Below are positions 51,765-62,113 of a stretch of 63,895 nt of DNA, one piece after another. The DNA lies in contig WJJJ01000032.1 in assembly GCA_014729775.1 (NCBI GenBank), positions 1-63,895 of the forward strand, given 5' to 3'. The stretch's first letter is position 1; every line of letters starts with the position of its first letter. Made by a program: the position numbers and the translations under genes. The stretch is from Candidatus Omnitrophota bacterium (GTDB lineage: Bacteria > Omnitrophota > Gorgyraeia > Duberdicusellales > 4484-171). The notes under the pieces are model-generated. The model searched no databases and was not told the origin of the DNA. It saw only the letters and a program-made list of their open reading frames with translations.

Positions 51765-52700
51765 ATGGACGCGCAGCGATATTTTTATGGACCGGTGCCT
51801 TCGCGGCGGCTGGGATATTCCCTCGGGGTCGACGTCATCCCGAAGAAACTCTGCCCTTTTGACTGCGTGTACTGTCAGACCGGCCGGACTACCGAAAAGA
51901 CGATCGAACGCGTTTCTTTCGTGAATACCGACCGTTTGAAAAAGGAGCTCATCGGGATCCTCGCCGGAAAGGCGACGATCGATGTGATCACCTTCTCCGG
52001 TTCGGGCGAGCCGACGCTTCATCAGAATCTGGACCGCATCATCGCCGTAATCCGGGAGGTATGCGGCCGACGGATCCCGGTATGCGTAATTACCAACAGC
52101 TCCTTGTTGTTCCTTCCCGAAGTCCGCCGGGAGCTTGCCGCCGCTGATATCGTCATCCCTTCGCTTGACGCGCCGAACGAGGCGCTGTTGCGTAAGATCA
52201 ACCGTCCCTGTGCCCAGGTGAATTTCGAGCGGATCGTAGAAGGGCTGGTCAAATTCCGGGCGGAATTTGAAGGGAGGTTCTGGCTTGAGATCATGATCGT
52301 GAAAGGGATCAACGATTCACCGGAAGCGGCCGCCGAATGGAAGGGGTTGATTCAGCGGATACGTCCCGACAAGGTTCAGTTGAACATTCCGGTGAGGCCT
52401 TCCCAAGAGCATGCGGCGGTTCCGGATCAGGAAACGCTGCGGATGATCCAGGAGGTGATCGGCGAAGAGACGGAGGTCGTGCTGCCCTTTGAAAAGCAGC
52501 CGGCCGCGCGGCGGGACGAGCGCATCGAAGAAGAAATTGTCGAGTACTTGCGCCGGCGTCCGGCGACGCTGGCCGATCTCTGCGCTTCGACCGGCGCCGA
52601 AGAGGAAACGGTCCGGCGCGTGCTGGAGGAGCTGGTTTCCTCCGGCCGCGCCTGTGGGCAGAAGCACCAGGGGGTCGAATATTTCCGGATCAATGATTAA
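51765..52700 (+). CDS. radical SAM protein with C-terminal winged-helix-like domain
   Basis: CxxxCxxC motif 'CPFDCVYCQ'. The C-terminus is 'IVEYLRRRPATLADLCASTGAEEETVRRVLEELVSSG'. Confidence 0.7.
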   Translation: MDAQRYFYGPVPSRRLGYSLGVDVIPKKLCPFDCVYCQTGRTTEKTIERVSFVNTDRLKKELIGILAGKATIDVITFSGSGEPTLHQNLDRIIAVIREVCGRRIPVCVITNSSLLFLPEVRRELAAADIVIPSLDAPNEALLRKINRPCAQVNFERIVEGLVKFRAEFEGRFWLEIMIVKGINDSPEAAAEWKGLIQRIRPDKVQLNIPVRPSQEHAAVPDQETLRMIQEVIGEETEVVLPFEKQPAARRDERIEEEIVEYLRRRPATLADLCASTGAEEETVRRVLEELVSSGRACGQKHQGVEYFRIND

Positions 52701-53346
52701 AGAGAACGTCCAGCGTATACTGCGGGAACTGTCCGGCCGGGCCGAGATCGTCGTCGCCGCAAAAACACGTACCGCAGCCGAGGTGCGGGAAGCGGTAGCC
52801 GCGGGGATTCGTATGATCGGGGAGAATTACGTCCAGGAAGCCGAGAGAATTCGAGACCGGGTTCCCGGCGACGTCCGGTGGCACTGTATCGGGCATTTGC
52901 AGAAAAATAAAGCGAGAAAAGCGGTGAAGATATTCGATATGATCGAAACGCTCGATTCTCTCGCACTGGCGGAAGTGCTTGAGAAGGAATGCGCGAAACA
53001 GGAAAAGAGGATGCCGGTGCTGATACAGGTCAACTGCGCGAGGGAGCCGCAAAAAAGCGGGGTGCTGCCCGAAGAGACGGCGGAATTCTCCGCCCAGATA
53101 GGGAAATTCAAGTGGCTCCAGCCGCGCGGACTGATGACGATGGGGCCGTTTTTAGATTCCGCCGAAGCGCTGCGTCCTTATTTCCGCCGGACCCGGGAGT
53201 TGTTTGATGAAATTGCCGGGACGCAGAAGATCTCCTCATGGACGATGTTGTCCATGGGAATGAGCGGCAGTTACCGGGTGGCCGTTGAAGAGGGCGCGAC
53301 GCACGTCCGGCTCGGAACGGTAATTTTCGGAATGAGACCGAAATGA
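52693..53346 (+). CDS. yggS: YggS-family pyridoxal-phosphate homeostasis protein
   Basis: 'VVAAKTRTAAEVREAVAAGIRMIGENYVQE', 'WHCIGHLQKNK' and 'LSMGMSGSY'. Confidence 0.85.
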   Translation: MIKENVQRILRELSGRAEIVVAAKTRTAAEVREAVAAGIRMIGENYVQEAERIRDRVPGDVRWHCIGHLQKNKARKAVKIFDMIETLDSLALAEVLEKECAKQEKRMPVLIQVNCAREPQKSGVLPEETAEFSAQIGKFKWLQPRGLMTMGPFLDSAEALRPYFRRTRELFDEIAGTQKISSWTMLSMGMSGSYRVAVEEGATHVRLGTVIFGMRPK

Positions 53347-54047
53347 AATTAAAAGTGCTTTTCGATAAAGATAGTCAGGATCCGCGGTATGCCTCCGGCT
53401 GGGGCCTTGCCTATTTGCTTGACGGCCGGCTGTTGTTTGATACCGGGGAAAAAGGAGAGTACCTGCTTGAGAACCTCCGAGTGTTGCAAATCGACGCCGC
53501 GCGTGTGGAAATGATCGTCATTTCGCACGCGCACTGGGATCATACCGGAGGATTGTCCGCTTTTCTTGATCTTCATCGGCACGCGTCGGTCGCCGGCTGT
53601 GCCGAGGCGGAAAATCTCTTGTCTCTTCCCTCCGGCACTCGGTTTGTACCGGTGACTGAAGGACAAGAGCTTATTCCCGGCGTGTGGACATCGGGATGTC
53701 TCACTACCCGGTACCACGACGCACCGCTGGCCGAACAGGCCTTATTTGTCAAGACCGGCTCGGGGATTGCGGTGCTTTCCGGCTGTGCTCATCCCGGGAT
53801 CCTTTCGTTTGTGGAACTTGCCCGGCACTGCTTTCCGGAGGAGCCGCTCACCTTTGTCGGCGGCGGATTTCATTTGATCAACCGGGATCCCCGGGAGATA
53901 CGCTACATCGCGGACAAAATGAAGCAGATGGGTGTGCAGCGGGTCGGCCCGTCTCATTGCAGCGGATATGAGGCGTTTGAAATATTCCAGCAGGTATTTG
54001 GCTCCGATTGTGTGCGGCTGAAGGTCGGCAAAGAGGTAGAGGTGTAA
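53343..54047 (+). CDS. MBL-fold metallo-hydrolase
   Basis: The 'ISHAHWDHTGG' metal-binding motif. 234 aa. Confidence 0.7.
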   Translation: MKLKVLFDKDSQDPRYASGWGLAYLLDGRLLFDTGEKGEYLLENLRVLQIDAARVEMIVISHAHWDHTGGLSAFLDLHRHASVAGCAEAENLLSLPSGTRFVPVTEGQELIPGVWTSGCLTTRYHDAPLAEQALFVKTGSGIAVLSGCAHPGILSFVELARHCFPEEPLTFVGGGFHLINRDPREIRYIADKMKQMGVQRVGPSHCSGYEAFEIFQQVFGSDCVRLKVGKEVEV

Positions 54048-54400
54048 TGAAAACTCATATCACAGGAATTGTGTTGGGGTTGTGCATCACGAGCGGCTGC
54101 GTACAGATGAAGGATTACGTCGGGGTCAGACATGGGGCGTTCGGGGTGGATATGAAACGCGGTTTTGGGCCGGGCACCGAGAAGAAAGAATATTACCTTA
54201 CCGGCGACTATACCGGATTGGTAAGGGGCAGTTCCGAACGCGAAATTCGGGCGCACCTCGGTTCTCCCGCCGAGATCGGATCCACGCTGGAAGGATATAC
54301 CCGGTGGGTGTATAAAGAACCGCCGATCACGCTGTATTTGAAGGATGGATATTTATATGAGTGGAAAACAGCCAAACCGGGTTCAGCTGAAGCGCAATAG
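54047..54400 (+). CDS. small putative lipoprotein
   Basis: 'MKTHITGIVLGLCITSGC' is a lipobox-like signal. TAATG overlap with the upstream gene. Confidence 0.4.
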   Translation: MKTHITGIVLGLCITSGCVQMKDYVGVRHGAFGVDMKRGFGPGTEKKEYYLTGDYTGLVRGSSEREIRAHLGSPAEIGSTLEGYTRWVYKEPPITLYLKDGYLYEWKTAKPGSAEAQ

Positions 54401-55001
54401 ACGTCCTTTATCCTTTTTTCGTCATCCCGCAGAGTATGTAGCCTCCCGGTTGCTGGGAGACCTTCTCGTCCGCGCGACCCCGCGGGGGCTCATGGCCGGA
54501 AGAATCGTGGAAACGGAAGCGTACCCCGGCGGGGATGACGATGCCTCGCATACCTTCGCGCACAAGAAAACGAACCGCACGCGAGTCTTATACGAGCCCG
54601 GAGGACGCATTTACGTATATTTGATTTACGGCATCTATCATTGTTTTAATATCGTATGCGCGCCCCGGGGCAATCCCCAGGGAGTGTTTATCCGGGCGGT
54701 GGAACCGGTTTTCGGGATCGAACAAATGAAGAAGAACCGTCCCGTGGACACAATCACAAAACTTACCAGCGGTCCCTGCCGCTGGACGCAAAGTTTTCAG
54801 GTCGGATTGGAGTTATGCGGAGAACGATTGGACGGCCGTACGTGTTGGGTGGTCCGCGGGCCGAAACGCGGGATTGCTGTGCGCCGTTCCCCCCGGGTGG
54901 GTGTTGAGTACGCAGTTGAATCCAAAACGCGTCTGCTGCGTTTTTTTATCGGAGGGAATCAGTTCGTGTCGAAGGTGTCTTTGCGCCGAACGTGCGGTTA
55001 A
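54357..55001 (+). CDS. DNA-3-methyladenine glycosylase (MPG/AAG family)
   Basis: 'AEYVASRLLGDLLV...GRIVETEAYPGGDDDASHTF' and 'IYVYLIYGIYHCFNIV' match the MPG family. Confidence 0.8.
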   Translation: MSGKQPNRVQLKRNRRPLSFFRHPAEYVASRLLGDLLVRATPRGLMAGRIVETEAYPGGDDDASHTFAHKKTNRTRVLYEPGGRIYVYLIYGIYHCFNIVCAPRGNPQGVFIRAVEPVFGIEQMKKNRPVDTITKLTSGPCRWTQSFQVGLELCGERLDGRTCWVVRGPKRGIAVRRSPRVGVEYAVESKTRLLRFFIGGNQFVSKVSLRRTCG

Positions 55002-56262
55002 GCCGTCTCACGAAATTTTTGGCCCGCCAGAAATCTTCCAGGTGAGGAGAGCTAGTCCTCCCGGACGGCAGGGAGGCTCCCAGCAGGGAATTGTTCTGCA
55101 GCAGCGGTTCTTTTTCGATTTCAGGGATATCTCCGGCCGCCGCCGTTCCCGGAACCGGAGAATATTCCGCCAGAGAAATTTTCGCCCCCTGCTCGTGCAG
55201 TGTTTCTGCTTCGGTGAGGAAGCGGTCGATATCTTGTCCGGGATATCCCAAAAGCATATATACGCTGAATTCTCCCCGGCGGTATCCGCCCCGGGAGAGC
55301 ACTTGCAGTGCTCGGGAGAGATCATGACGTCCGACTTTATCGTTCCAGCGGGTGTGAAGTGCCGGATCGAGAGTTTCTAAACCGAAATGCGGGTTGATAA
55401 ATCCCGCCGTCTTCATCAACGCGGCGGTTCTTTCGTTCAGGAAGCATAAGTGGAGCGCGTTGGGCGTATGTATGCGCAGGGGCATCCTGGAATCGATCAG
55501 GCGGCTGAGGAAATTTTCGACGAACCTGTCACCGTAGAGAAACGCGTCGTCATAAATCACGAAGTCCCGGATTCCCCGCCGCGCGTGGGCGAGAATATAT
55601 TCGACGAGCCGATTCACGGGAAGGCGGAAAAACTGCGGAGAAAGTTTCCCGATCGCGCAGTAACCGCAGCGAAACGGACAGCCCCAGGAAGTGCGAAACA
55701 CCAGATAGTCAAGAGAGTCGTAAAACTTGCGGTAGGCGGGCAGTTCCGAAAAAGGCGCGGCGGGGAGGTTGAGCGAATTCAGGAAAGCGGTAAGCTCCTG
55801 AAAGGGAACGACCCGGTCACAGGGGATATTTTTTTTGGCGTGTTCCCGGCAGAGCGTCGCGTAGGTGCCGCCGAGGATCAGAGGAACGCGCGGGAAACGT
55901 TTTTTTATTAGTTCCGCCGCCCGGGCGACGCCCGGATACCAGTAGGTCATGGAAGAGGTGAGAAGAATAATGTCGGGCGCGCTCGCAGGTAGCCGGCGGA
56001 GAAATTCCTGTTCCGCGATTCCGTATCGTTTAAACTCCCGGGGAAAATTGGCCAGAACCCCGGGCTTTTCGACCGTTTCTGAACGAAATTTCCCCCGGCC
56101 GTAAGGGTCGCGGGTGATCTTTGCCGCGGTACAGTCGAGATAGTGCACTTCATGTCCGGCGCGACGCAGTCCGGTAAGCAGGGTGAGAAATCCGTAAGGT
56201 TTGAGCCAGAAATCATGGGCCGCGAAATCGACGATCCAGGGGTTTACCGCGAGGATACGCAT
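54946..56262 (-). CDS. B12-binding-domain radical SAM protein
   Basis: N-terminal Rossmann-like domain 'MRILAVNPW...' and radical-SAM motif 'GCPFRCGYC'. The ATG at 56262 was chosen as start. Confidence 0.7.
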   Translation of the reverse strand: MRILAVNPWIVDFAAHDFWLKPYGFLTLLTGLRRAGHEVHYLDCTAAKITRDPYGRGKFRSETVEKPGVLANFPREFKRYGIAEQEFLRRLPASAPDIILLTSSMTYWYPGVARAAELIKKRFPRVPLILGGTYATLCREHAKKNIPCDRVVPFQELTAFLNSLNLPAAPFSELPAYRKFYDSLDYLVFRTSWGCPFRCGYCAIGKLSPQFFRLPVNRLVEYILAHARRGIRDFVIYDDAFLYGDRFVENFLSRLIDSRMPLRIHTPNALHLCFLNERTAALMKTAGFINPHFGLETLDPALHTRWNDKVGRHDLSRALQVLSRGGYRRGEFSVYMLLGYPGQDIDRFLTEAETLHEQGAKISLAEYSPVPGTAAAGDIPEIEKEPLLQNNSLLGASLPSGRTSSPHLEDFWRAKNFVRRLNRTFGAKTPSTRTDSLR

Positions 56263-56305
56263 AGTGCTATTATAACAATTTTCTGTGGTATAATAAGAAA
56301 ATATT

Positions 56306-57295
56306 ATGGACTCAGCGCAAAAATTCCTTTCCACAATTGAAAAATTTTCTCTTCTCAGAAAAAAAGAGAAACTTCTCGTCGGCGTTTCCGGGGGGCCTGA
56401 TTCGATCTTCCTGATCGAACAGTTGCGGCGGATACAAAAACCGCTGAAATTGACCCTGATCTGTGCCCATTTAAACCACGCACTGCGGGCAGAGGCCGAT
56501 CAAGACGCTCGTTTTGTCGAGGATTACTGTGTCCGGCACCGTCTGTATTGCGTGAGTGAGAAAAGAGAACTTACCCCGGAACGGAAAAAAGATTCGCTGG
56601 AGCAGGCGGCGCGGAGAATGCGCTACGATTTTTTCCGCACGGTTTCCCGCCGGATGAAGCTAAAAAAAATCGTCTTGGCTCATCATCGGGATGATTTGGT
56701 GGAAACCGTGGTGATGCGGCTGATTCGCGGAGCAGGGCTGAAAGGTCTCCGCGGGTTTTTACCGCGATCCCGGTATAAAAACCTTACCGTAATCCGTCCG
56801 CTGATCGAATTCCAAAAACGGGAAATCCTTGACTGGCTCGCCGGGGAAGGAGTGCCTTACTGCGTCGACCGGACGAATTTTGAAGACATGTTTACCCGCA
56901 ACAAAATAAGAAACAGGGTGCTTCCGCTGCTGGAGGAAATGAATCCGAATTTTTCGGAGGTGATGAGCAATCAGGCGATCCATCTCGGATTTGATTATGA
57001 TTATATCCGGGCCCAGACCGAACGGGCCTATCAGGAAGTGAAGCGGGGGGAGACGCGTCGGGAAGTGCGTCTCGGGCTCGGTCCTCTCAAGAAACTGCAC
57101 CCGTCTCTGTTCGCGCATGTCCTTCGCCTGGGGATTGAGGATATCAAAGGCGATACCCGGCGGATCGAAAACCGGCATCTGGAAGAAATGAAGGATCTGA
57201 TCCTGCGCCGTTCCCAGGGAAGCGTGGTTCATTTGCCGTTTCTTGAAGTGCGCAAAAGCGGACGGTTGTTGATAATTAGGAACTTGATTTTATAA
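56306..57295 (+). CDS. tilS: tRNA(Ile)-lysidine synthase
   Basis: PP-loop 'VGVSGGPDS' and 'AHHRDDLVETVVMRLIRG'. Confidence 0.85.
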   Translation: MDSAQKFLSTIEKFSLLRKKEKLLVGVSGGPDSIFLIEQLRRIQKPLKLTLICAHLNHALRAEADQDARFVEDYCVRHRLYCVSEKRELTPERKKDSLEQAARRMRYDFFRTVSRRMKLKKIVLAHHRDDLVETVVMRLIRGAGLKGLRGFLPRSRYKNLTVIRPLIEFQKREILDWLAGEGVPYCVDRTNFEDMFTRNKIRNRVLPLLEEMNPNFSEVMSNQAIHLGFDYDYIRAQTERAYQEVKRGETRREVRLGLGPLKKLHPSLFAHVLRLGIEDIKGDTRRIENRHLEEMKDLILRRSQGSVVHLPFLEVRKSGRLLIIRNLIL

Positions 57296-57312
57296 TTCAA
57301 TGAACGTATAAT
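57284..57312 (+). promoter_or_regulatory. near-consensus sigma70-type promoter of ftsH
   Basis: TTGATT (57284-57289), 17 nt spacer, TATAAT (57307-57312). It overlaps the tilS stop. Confidence 0.5.
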
Positions 57313-57386
57313 AAAAAACTCACTCACAGTAATAAAAATGCGCATTTTCGCGTATTCTCACGCGTCATAAGGGGGGCGAATTGCCG

Positions 57387-59294
57387 ATGAACAAAAAGAA
57401 AAAGCCTCAGCCGGGGCCGAATATTTTCCGTACCGCTTTTTTCTGGATCCTGCTGTTTTTTGGAGTGATCTGGCTGACCAATCAGTTCAGCGGCAGTATC
57501 AGCGGACTGAACAAAGAACTCAGCTATAATGAATTTTATACCCTGCTCGAACAAAACGACCAGGATCTGAACATCCGGTCGGTAACCAAAGCCGAGAACA
57601 CGCTCCGCGGCAAATTTGCCGAAGGGGAAGGGGGAGGGGAATTCTACGTGCATATTCCGGAAGAAGATCAGGAACTGATTCCTCTGCTGCGGCAAAACGT
57701 GCCCAAGTTTGAAATTGAACCGCCGAGGATTTGGACCAATTTGCTGATTTCTCTTTTCCCGGTCCTGCTCCTTATCCTCTTTCTTTGGTATTTCTCCCAT
57801 AAAGGAAGTCAGATGGGTTCTCGGGTATGGTCTTTTGGGCGGTCCCGGGCGAAAATTCTGGAGAAGGAAAAAACACCCCGGGTGACGTTCGAAAACGTGG
57901 CAGGAATCGATGAGGCAAAAGAGGAACTCCAGGAAGTAATCGCGTTCCTGAAAGATCCTAAAAAATTTCAACGGCTGGGAGGCCGGTTTCCCAAAGGGGT
58001 ATTGTTGGTCGGCCGGCCCGGATGCGGGAAGACACTGCTGGCGAAAGCCGTTGCCGGAGAGGCCGGGGTGCCGTTCTTCAGTATTTCCGGTTCTGATTTT
58101 GTGGAAATGTTCGTGGGGGTGGGTGCCTCAAGAGTGCGGGATTTATTCGAACAGGCGAAAAAAGCTGCGAAACTGGAGAACAAAGGCTGTATTATTTTTA
58201 TCGACGAGATTGATGCTGTGGGCCGCCAGCGGTTCGCCGGTGTAGGCGGCGGACACGATGAACGGGAACAAACGCTGAACCAGTTGCTGACGGAAATGGA
58301 CGGGTTTCAGACCGAGGTAGGAATTATCGTCATGGCCGCAACTAATCGTCCCGATGTGCTCGATCCGGCGTTATTGCGTCCGGGACGGTTTGACCGTCAT
58401 ATTGTGATACACCCTCCCGATATCCGGGGCAGGGAGGAGATTCTGAAGGTGCATACCAAGAAAGTGAAACTTTCTCAAAAAGTCGATCTCAAAGCGCTGG
58501 CGAAACGGACACCCGGATTTTCGGGTGCCGATTTGGAAAATTTGTGTAATGAAGGCGCGCTGCTCGCCGCGCGGCGCAATAAAGAGGCCGTGGAACAGGA
58601 AGATTTGGAAGAAGCAATCGAACGCGTAATTATGGGGCCGGAGAAAAAGACCCGTATCCTCTCCAAACGGGAAAAAACGCTCACCGCTTATCATGAGTCC
58701 GGGCACGCGTTGCTTTCGCTGCTGATCGGAGAAGTTGATCCTATGGCCAAAGTTTCGATTATCCCCCGGGGAATGGCCGGAGGGTATACGTTCATGCCGC
58801 CGAAGGAGGACCGCCGGTATAAATCAAAGAAAGAACTGCTTGGGGAGATTACCGTGGCCCTGGGCGGCCGTGTATCGGAGGAAATCGCGTTGAAAGATGT
58901 GACTACCGGCGCGATGAACGATCTGTCGGGAGTGACGAGGATCGCGCGGCAAATGGTATGCGACTACGGAATGAGCGATCGCCTCGGCCATTACACCGTG
59001 GGGCATACCCATGGACCGATTTTTCTCGGACGAGACATGGTCAATGAAAAAGACTACAGCGAAGAGACCGCGCGGATCGTGGATGAGGAGATAAAGAAGA
59101 TCATCAACGAGTGCTATCGCCGGGCCAAGGGTCTCCTCCAGGAGCATCGGGACAAGCTCGACATTCTGGCGAATACGCTGTTGGAAAAAGAAGTGATGGA
59201 TGAACAGGAAGTAAGAAAACTCATCCAGGTACATGATGAGAATATCCCCGCGGAAGATAGAGAATCAGGAACAGGCGAAAACGCTCATGCGTGA
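57387..59294 (+). CDS. ftsH: ATP-dependent zinc metalloprotease FtsH
   Basis: Two TM segments, AAA+ Walker A 'GRPGCGKT' and the zinc motif 'HESGHAL'. The start could also be the TTG at 57381. Confidence 0.95.
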   Translation: MNKKKKPQPGPNIFRTAFFWILLFFGVIWLTNQFSGSISGLNKELSYNEFYTLLEQNDQDLNIRSVTKAENTLRGKFAEGEGGGEFYVHIPEEDQELIPLLRQNVPKFEIEPPRIWTNLLISLFPVLLLILFLWYFSHKGSQMGSRVWSFGRSRAKILEKEKTPRVTFENVAGIDEAKEELQEVIAFLKDPKKFQRLGGRFPKGVLLVGRPGCGKTLLAKAVAGEAGVPFFSISGSDFVEMFVGVGASRVRDLFEQAKKAAKLENKGCIIFIDEIDAVGRQRFAGVGGGHDEREQTLNQLLTEMDGFQTEVGIIVMAATNRPDVLDPALLRPGRFDRHIVIHPPDIRGREEILKVHTKKVKLSQKVDLKALAKRTPGFSGADLENLCNEGALLAARRNKEAVEQEDLEEAIERVIMGPEKKTRILSKREKTLTAYHESGHALLSLLIGEVDPMAKVSIIPRGMAGGYTFMPPKEDRRYKSKKELLGEITVALGGRVSEEIALKDVTTGAMNDLSGVTRIARQMVCDYGMSDRLGHYTVGHTHGPIFLGRDMVNEKDYSEETARIVDEEIKKIINECYRRAKGLLQEHRDKLDILANTLLEKEVMDEQEVRKLIQVHDENIPAEDRESGTGENAHA

Positions 59295-60468
59295 CTACGG
59301 GGTCAGTCCCGAAGGGATTGACATCATGGCACCCAAGAGCGTCTACGCGGCTTTTACCATTGAAGATATTTCTTCGTGGGAAGCCAATATCATCAAGCAG
59401 CAGCTGCTTTCTCTGGGATCGGACAGTGCCGTGTGTCGCAAGGCGCTCATCAGGGAGATGAACACCCGTACTCTTATTTTCGGCACGGTATCACAGCTGC
59501 GCGCGCTCTCTGAAAAGCTGCGCGGCCAGCCGTTTCAGTTACGTCAAATCGGCCAAACCATTGCGCGTCAGCTGGATGCGATCTGTTTTCCTCATCGGCA
59601 ACTACGCGCTAGAACAAAAAAAATTAATGTACAGCGGCCCGTGGTGTGTGGTATCGTGAATATGACCGTGGATTCTTTTTCGGGAGACGGGCTGCTGCGG
59701 TCCGGTGTACGCTGGACTTCGTCGACACGGAGTAAGCTCCGGTCGGTCCTGCTCTCCCAGGCAGAAGAGATGCTTGCCGACGGAGCGGACATGCTTGACA
59801 TCGGCGCTGAATCGACCCGGCCGTTTTCCCGGTCGGTGAGCGAGAACGAAGAACGGAAGAGGATCGCATTCGCGGTGCGAACGCTGCGCCGGCGGTTTTC
59901 AAAAGTTCCCCTTTCCGTGGATACCTCGAAATATTCCGTGGCGCGGACGGCAGTCGAAGAGGGGATTGACCTTGTGAATGACGTGACCGCGTTGCGCACA
60001 TCTCCGAAAATCGCCCAACTCGTGAAGAGGTATAAGCTCGGATGTGTGTTGATGCATATGAAAGGAACGCCGGCAACGATGCAGAAGAATCCTTCATATC
60101 AGGATGTCGTGTCGGAGATAAGTGACTTTTTTGAAGAGCGGCTGGCTTTTTGTGCCGAGCATGGTATTCATTCCGCTCAGCTGTGTCTGGATCCGGGGAT
60201 AGGATTCGGGAAACGGCTGGAAGATAATTTGAAGATCATTCGGCATCTGCCCTCGCTGAAAAAATTCGGACTTCCCTTGTTTATCGGGATTTCCCGGAAG
60301 TCATTTCTGGGCAAAGTGACCGGCGCCGCGGTTCAGGAGCGGCTGGCCGGATCTCTCGCGGCAGAGGTACTCGCGCTGATCAATGGAGCAAATATTCTGA
60401 GGGTTCACGATGTAAAAGAGACAGTGCAGGCGGCAAAGGTTGTCGCGCGGACGGAGCAGGTACAATGA
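59233..60468 (+). CDS. folP: dihydropteroate synthase with ~130-aa N-terminal extension
   Basis: Pterin-binding core 'VCGIVNMTVDSFSGDG' and 'DIGAESTRP', 'DPGIGFGK'. The N-terminal extra domain is '...YGVSPEGIDIMAPKSVYAAFTIEDISSWEANIIKQQLLSLGSDSAV'. Confidence 0.85.
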   Translation: MMRISPRKIENQEQAKTLMRDYGVSPEGIDIMAPKSVYAAFTIEDISSWEANIIKQQLLSLGSDSAVCRKALIREMNTRTLIFGTVSQLRALSEKLRGQPFQLRQIGQTIARQLDAICFPHRQLRARTKKINVQRPVVCGIVNMTVDSFSGDGLLRSGVRWTSSTRSKLRSVLLSQAEEMLADGADMLDIGAESTRPFSRSVSENEERKRIAFAVRTLRRRFSKVPLSVDTSKYSVARTAVEEGIDLVNDVTALRTSPKIAQLVKRYKLGCVLMHMKGTPATMQKNPSYQDVVSEISDFFEERLAFCAEHGIHSAQLCLDPGIGFGKRLEDNLKIIRHLPSLKKFGLPLFIGISRKSFLGKVTGAAVQERLAGSLAAEVLALINGANILRVHDVKETVQAAKVVARTEQVQ

Positions 60469-61235
60469 ATATTTCGATTCCCGCCTTTGACTGGAATTTC
60501 TGGAAAATGATCGTTGAGGTATTGATCCTGTGGATGGTATTTTACCGTGTTTTTCTGTTTCTGAAAGGAACCAAAGCGGTGTACTTGCTGCGCGGGATCA
60601 TTATTCTCATCATTGCGTTCTTTTTCTTTCAGAAAATGGGATTTTATGTGCTGAGCTGGTTATTGACAAAATTTTTCGCGTTTTTCCTTATTTTAGTCGT
60701 GATTATCTTCCAGCCCGAATTCCGGGAAGGTCTCATCCGCCTTGGGCGGAGACATTTTTTTTCGATTGAACCGCGGAAAGAGGAAATCGAGAAAACTCTG
60801 CGGGAAATCGTGTCCGCGGTGGGAACTCTTTCCCGTAAGAAGATAGGTGCGCTCATCGCGATAAAACGCGAGATCGGATTGAAAAGCTATATCGAATCCG
60901 GGGTGGTCGTGAACGCGGAATTATCCGCGGAACTTCTGCAGAATATTTTTTATCCTTCGGCTCCTCTCCATGACGGGGGAGTGGTGGTTGACGGTACGCA
61001 TATCGTCGCGGTCGCTTGTTTATTCCCGTTAAGCGAGAACCGGGCACTGGAGCGTACGGTGGGGATGCGTCACCGCGCAGGAGTCGGCATGTCCGAAAAT
61101 TCCGATGCCGTGGTGATTGTCGTGTCCGAAGAAACCGGCGCGGTGTCGCTGGCGATCAACGGACAGTTAACCCGCCATTTGACTCCGAATGATCTTTTTA
61201 CTATCCTGAAGGGGCAGCTCGGCCAGCCGAAATAG
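60465..61235 (+). CDS. cdaA: diadenylate cyclase CdaA
   Basis: Three N-terminal TM helices and a DAC domain with 'GALIAI', 'LHDGGVVVDG' and 'GMRHRAGVGMSE'. Confidence 0.9.
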   Translation: MNISIPAFDWNFWKMIVEVLILWMVFYRVFLFLKGTKAVYLLRGIIILIIAFFFFQKMGFYVLSWLLTKFFAFFLILVVIIFQPEFREGLIRLGRRHFFSIEPRKEEIEKTLREIVSAVGTLSRKKIGALIAIKREIGLKSYIESGVVVNAELSAELLQNIFYPSAPLHDGGVVVDGTHIVAVACLFPLSENRALERTVGMRHRAGVGMSENSDAVVIVVSEETGAVSLAINGQLTRHLTPNDLFTILKGQLGQPK

Positions 61236-61245
61236 GAGGGATGTC

Positions 61246-61380
61246 GTGAAAATTTTTCGCAAGGTAAATTTCAAAAATGTGCTCGTAAATAATCTGTGGC
61301 TCAAGCTCATGGCTTTGGCGACCGCGATTATCGTATGGATGTATGTCAGCGGGGAAATTACCAAAGGCGTGCGGATATAA
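61246..61380 (+). CDS. 44-aa ORF resembling only the N-terminal membrane anchor of CdaR/YbbR (remnant or minimal form)
   Basis: A GTG start lies 10 nt after cdaA. The peptide VKIFRKVNFKNVLVNNLWLKLMALATAIIVWMYVSGEITKGVRI resembles the CdaR N-terminal 'N..LKl.sL..A..LW.yV' anchor, and no YbbR repeats follow. Confidence 0.35.
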   Translation: MKIFRKVNFKNVLVNNLWLKLMALATAIIVWMYVSGEITKGVRI

Positions 61381-61390
61381 GGGGAAGCAG

Positions 61391-62113
61391 ATGCGTCTGG
61401 GAGTGAATATCGATCATGTGGCGACTTTACGCCAGGCACGGGGGACCGAATATCCTGATCCGGTCGCCGCGGCACTGCTCTGCGAGCGCGCGGGCTGCGA
61501 TTCAGTTGTCGCGCATCTCAGAGAGGACCGGCGCCATATTCAGGACCGGGACGTATACCAGCTCAAGGAAAGTTTAACGGTTCCGTTTAATCTGGAAATG
61601 TCGGCGGCGCCGTCGATCCTGCGAATCGCGCTTGATCTGCGTCCGGCTCACGCGACCCTGGTGCCCGAAAAACGGCGGGAACTTACTACCGAGGGAGGGT
61701 TGGACCTTGCCGCGCACCCCGCACGTATCGGGCGGGCGGTGCGGCGGCTTCGCGCTGAGAATATCCAGGTGAGTTTATTTCTGGACCCGGTGCAAAAACA
61801 AATCCGCCTGGCCGCGGCAATGGGTGTGGAGATCATCGAACTGAATACCGGGAAGTATTCCGATACCCGTACGGTAACGGCGGCCGGCCGTGAGGCGGTG
61901 AAAATCGAAAAAGCTGCAGGTTACGCGCGGGCACAGGGGCTTACGGTCGCGGCCGGACACGGCTTGGACTATCTCAACGTTTCCCGTATCGCCGCTATTC
62001 CTTCGCTCAGCGAACTGAATATCGGCCACTCGATTATCTGCCGGGCGGTATTTACCGGAATTGTCCCGGCCGTGGAGGAAATGAAGGCCTTGACCGGAGA
62101 AAAGATCTCATGA
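61391..62113 (+). CDS. pdxJ: pyridoxine 5'-phosphate synthase
   Basis: 'MRLGVNIDHVATLRQARG' and 'HLREDRRHI', 'ELNIGHSI'. Confidence 0.9.
   Translation: MRLGVNIDHVATLRQARGTEYPDPVAAALLCERAGCDSVVAHLREDRRHIQDRDVYQLKESLTVPFNLEMSAAPSILRIALDLRPAHATLVPEKRRELTTEGGLDLAAHPARIGRAVRRLRAENIQVSLFLDPVQKQIRLAAAMGVEIIELNTGKYSDTRTVTAAGREAVKIEKAAGYARAQGLTVAAGHGLDYLNVSRIAAIPSLSELNIGHSIICRAVFTGIVPAVEEMKALTGEKIS

Noticed and set aside
54946-55001. 56-nt convergent overlap between the MPG glycosylase and the B12-radical-SAM gene.
   Set aside because: This is a short 3'-3' overlap in a compact genome. Both ORFs have conserved motifs well away from the overlap, so nothing further is indicated.
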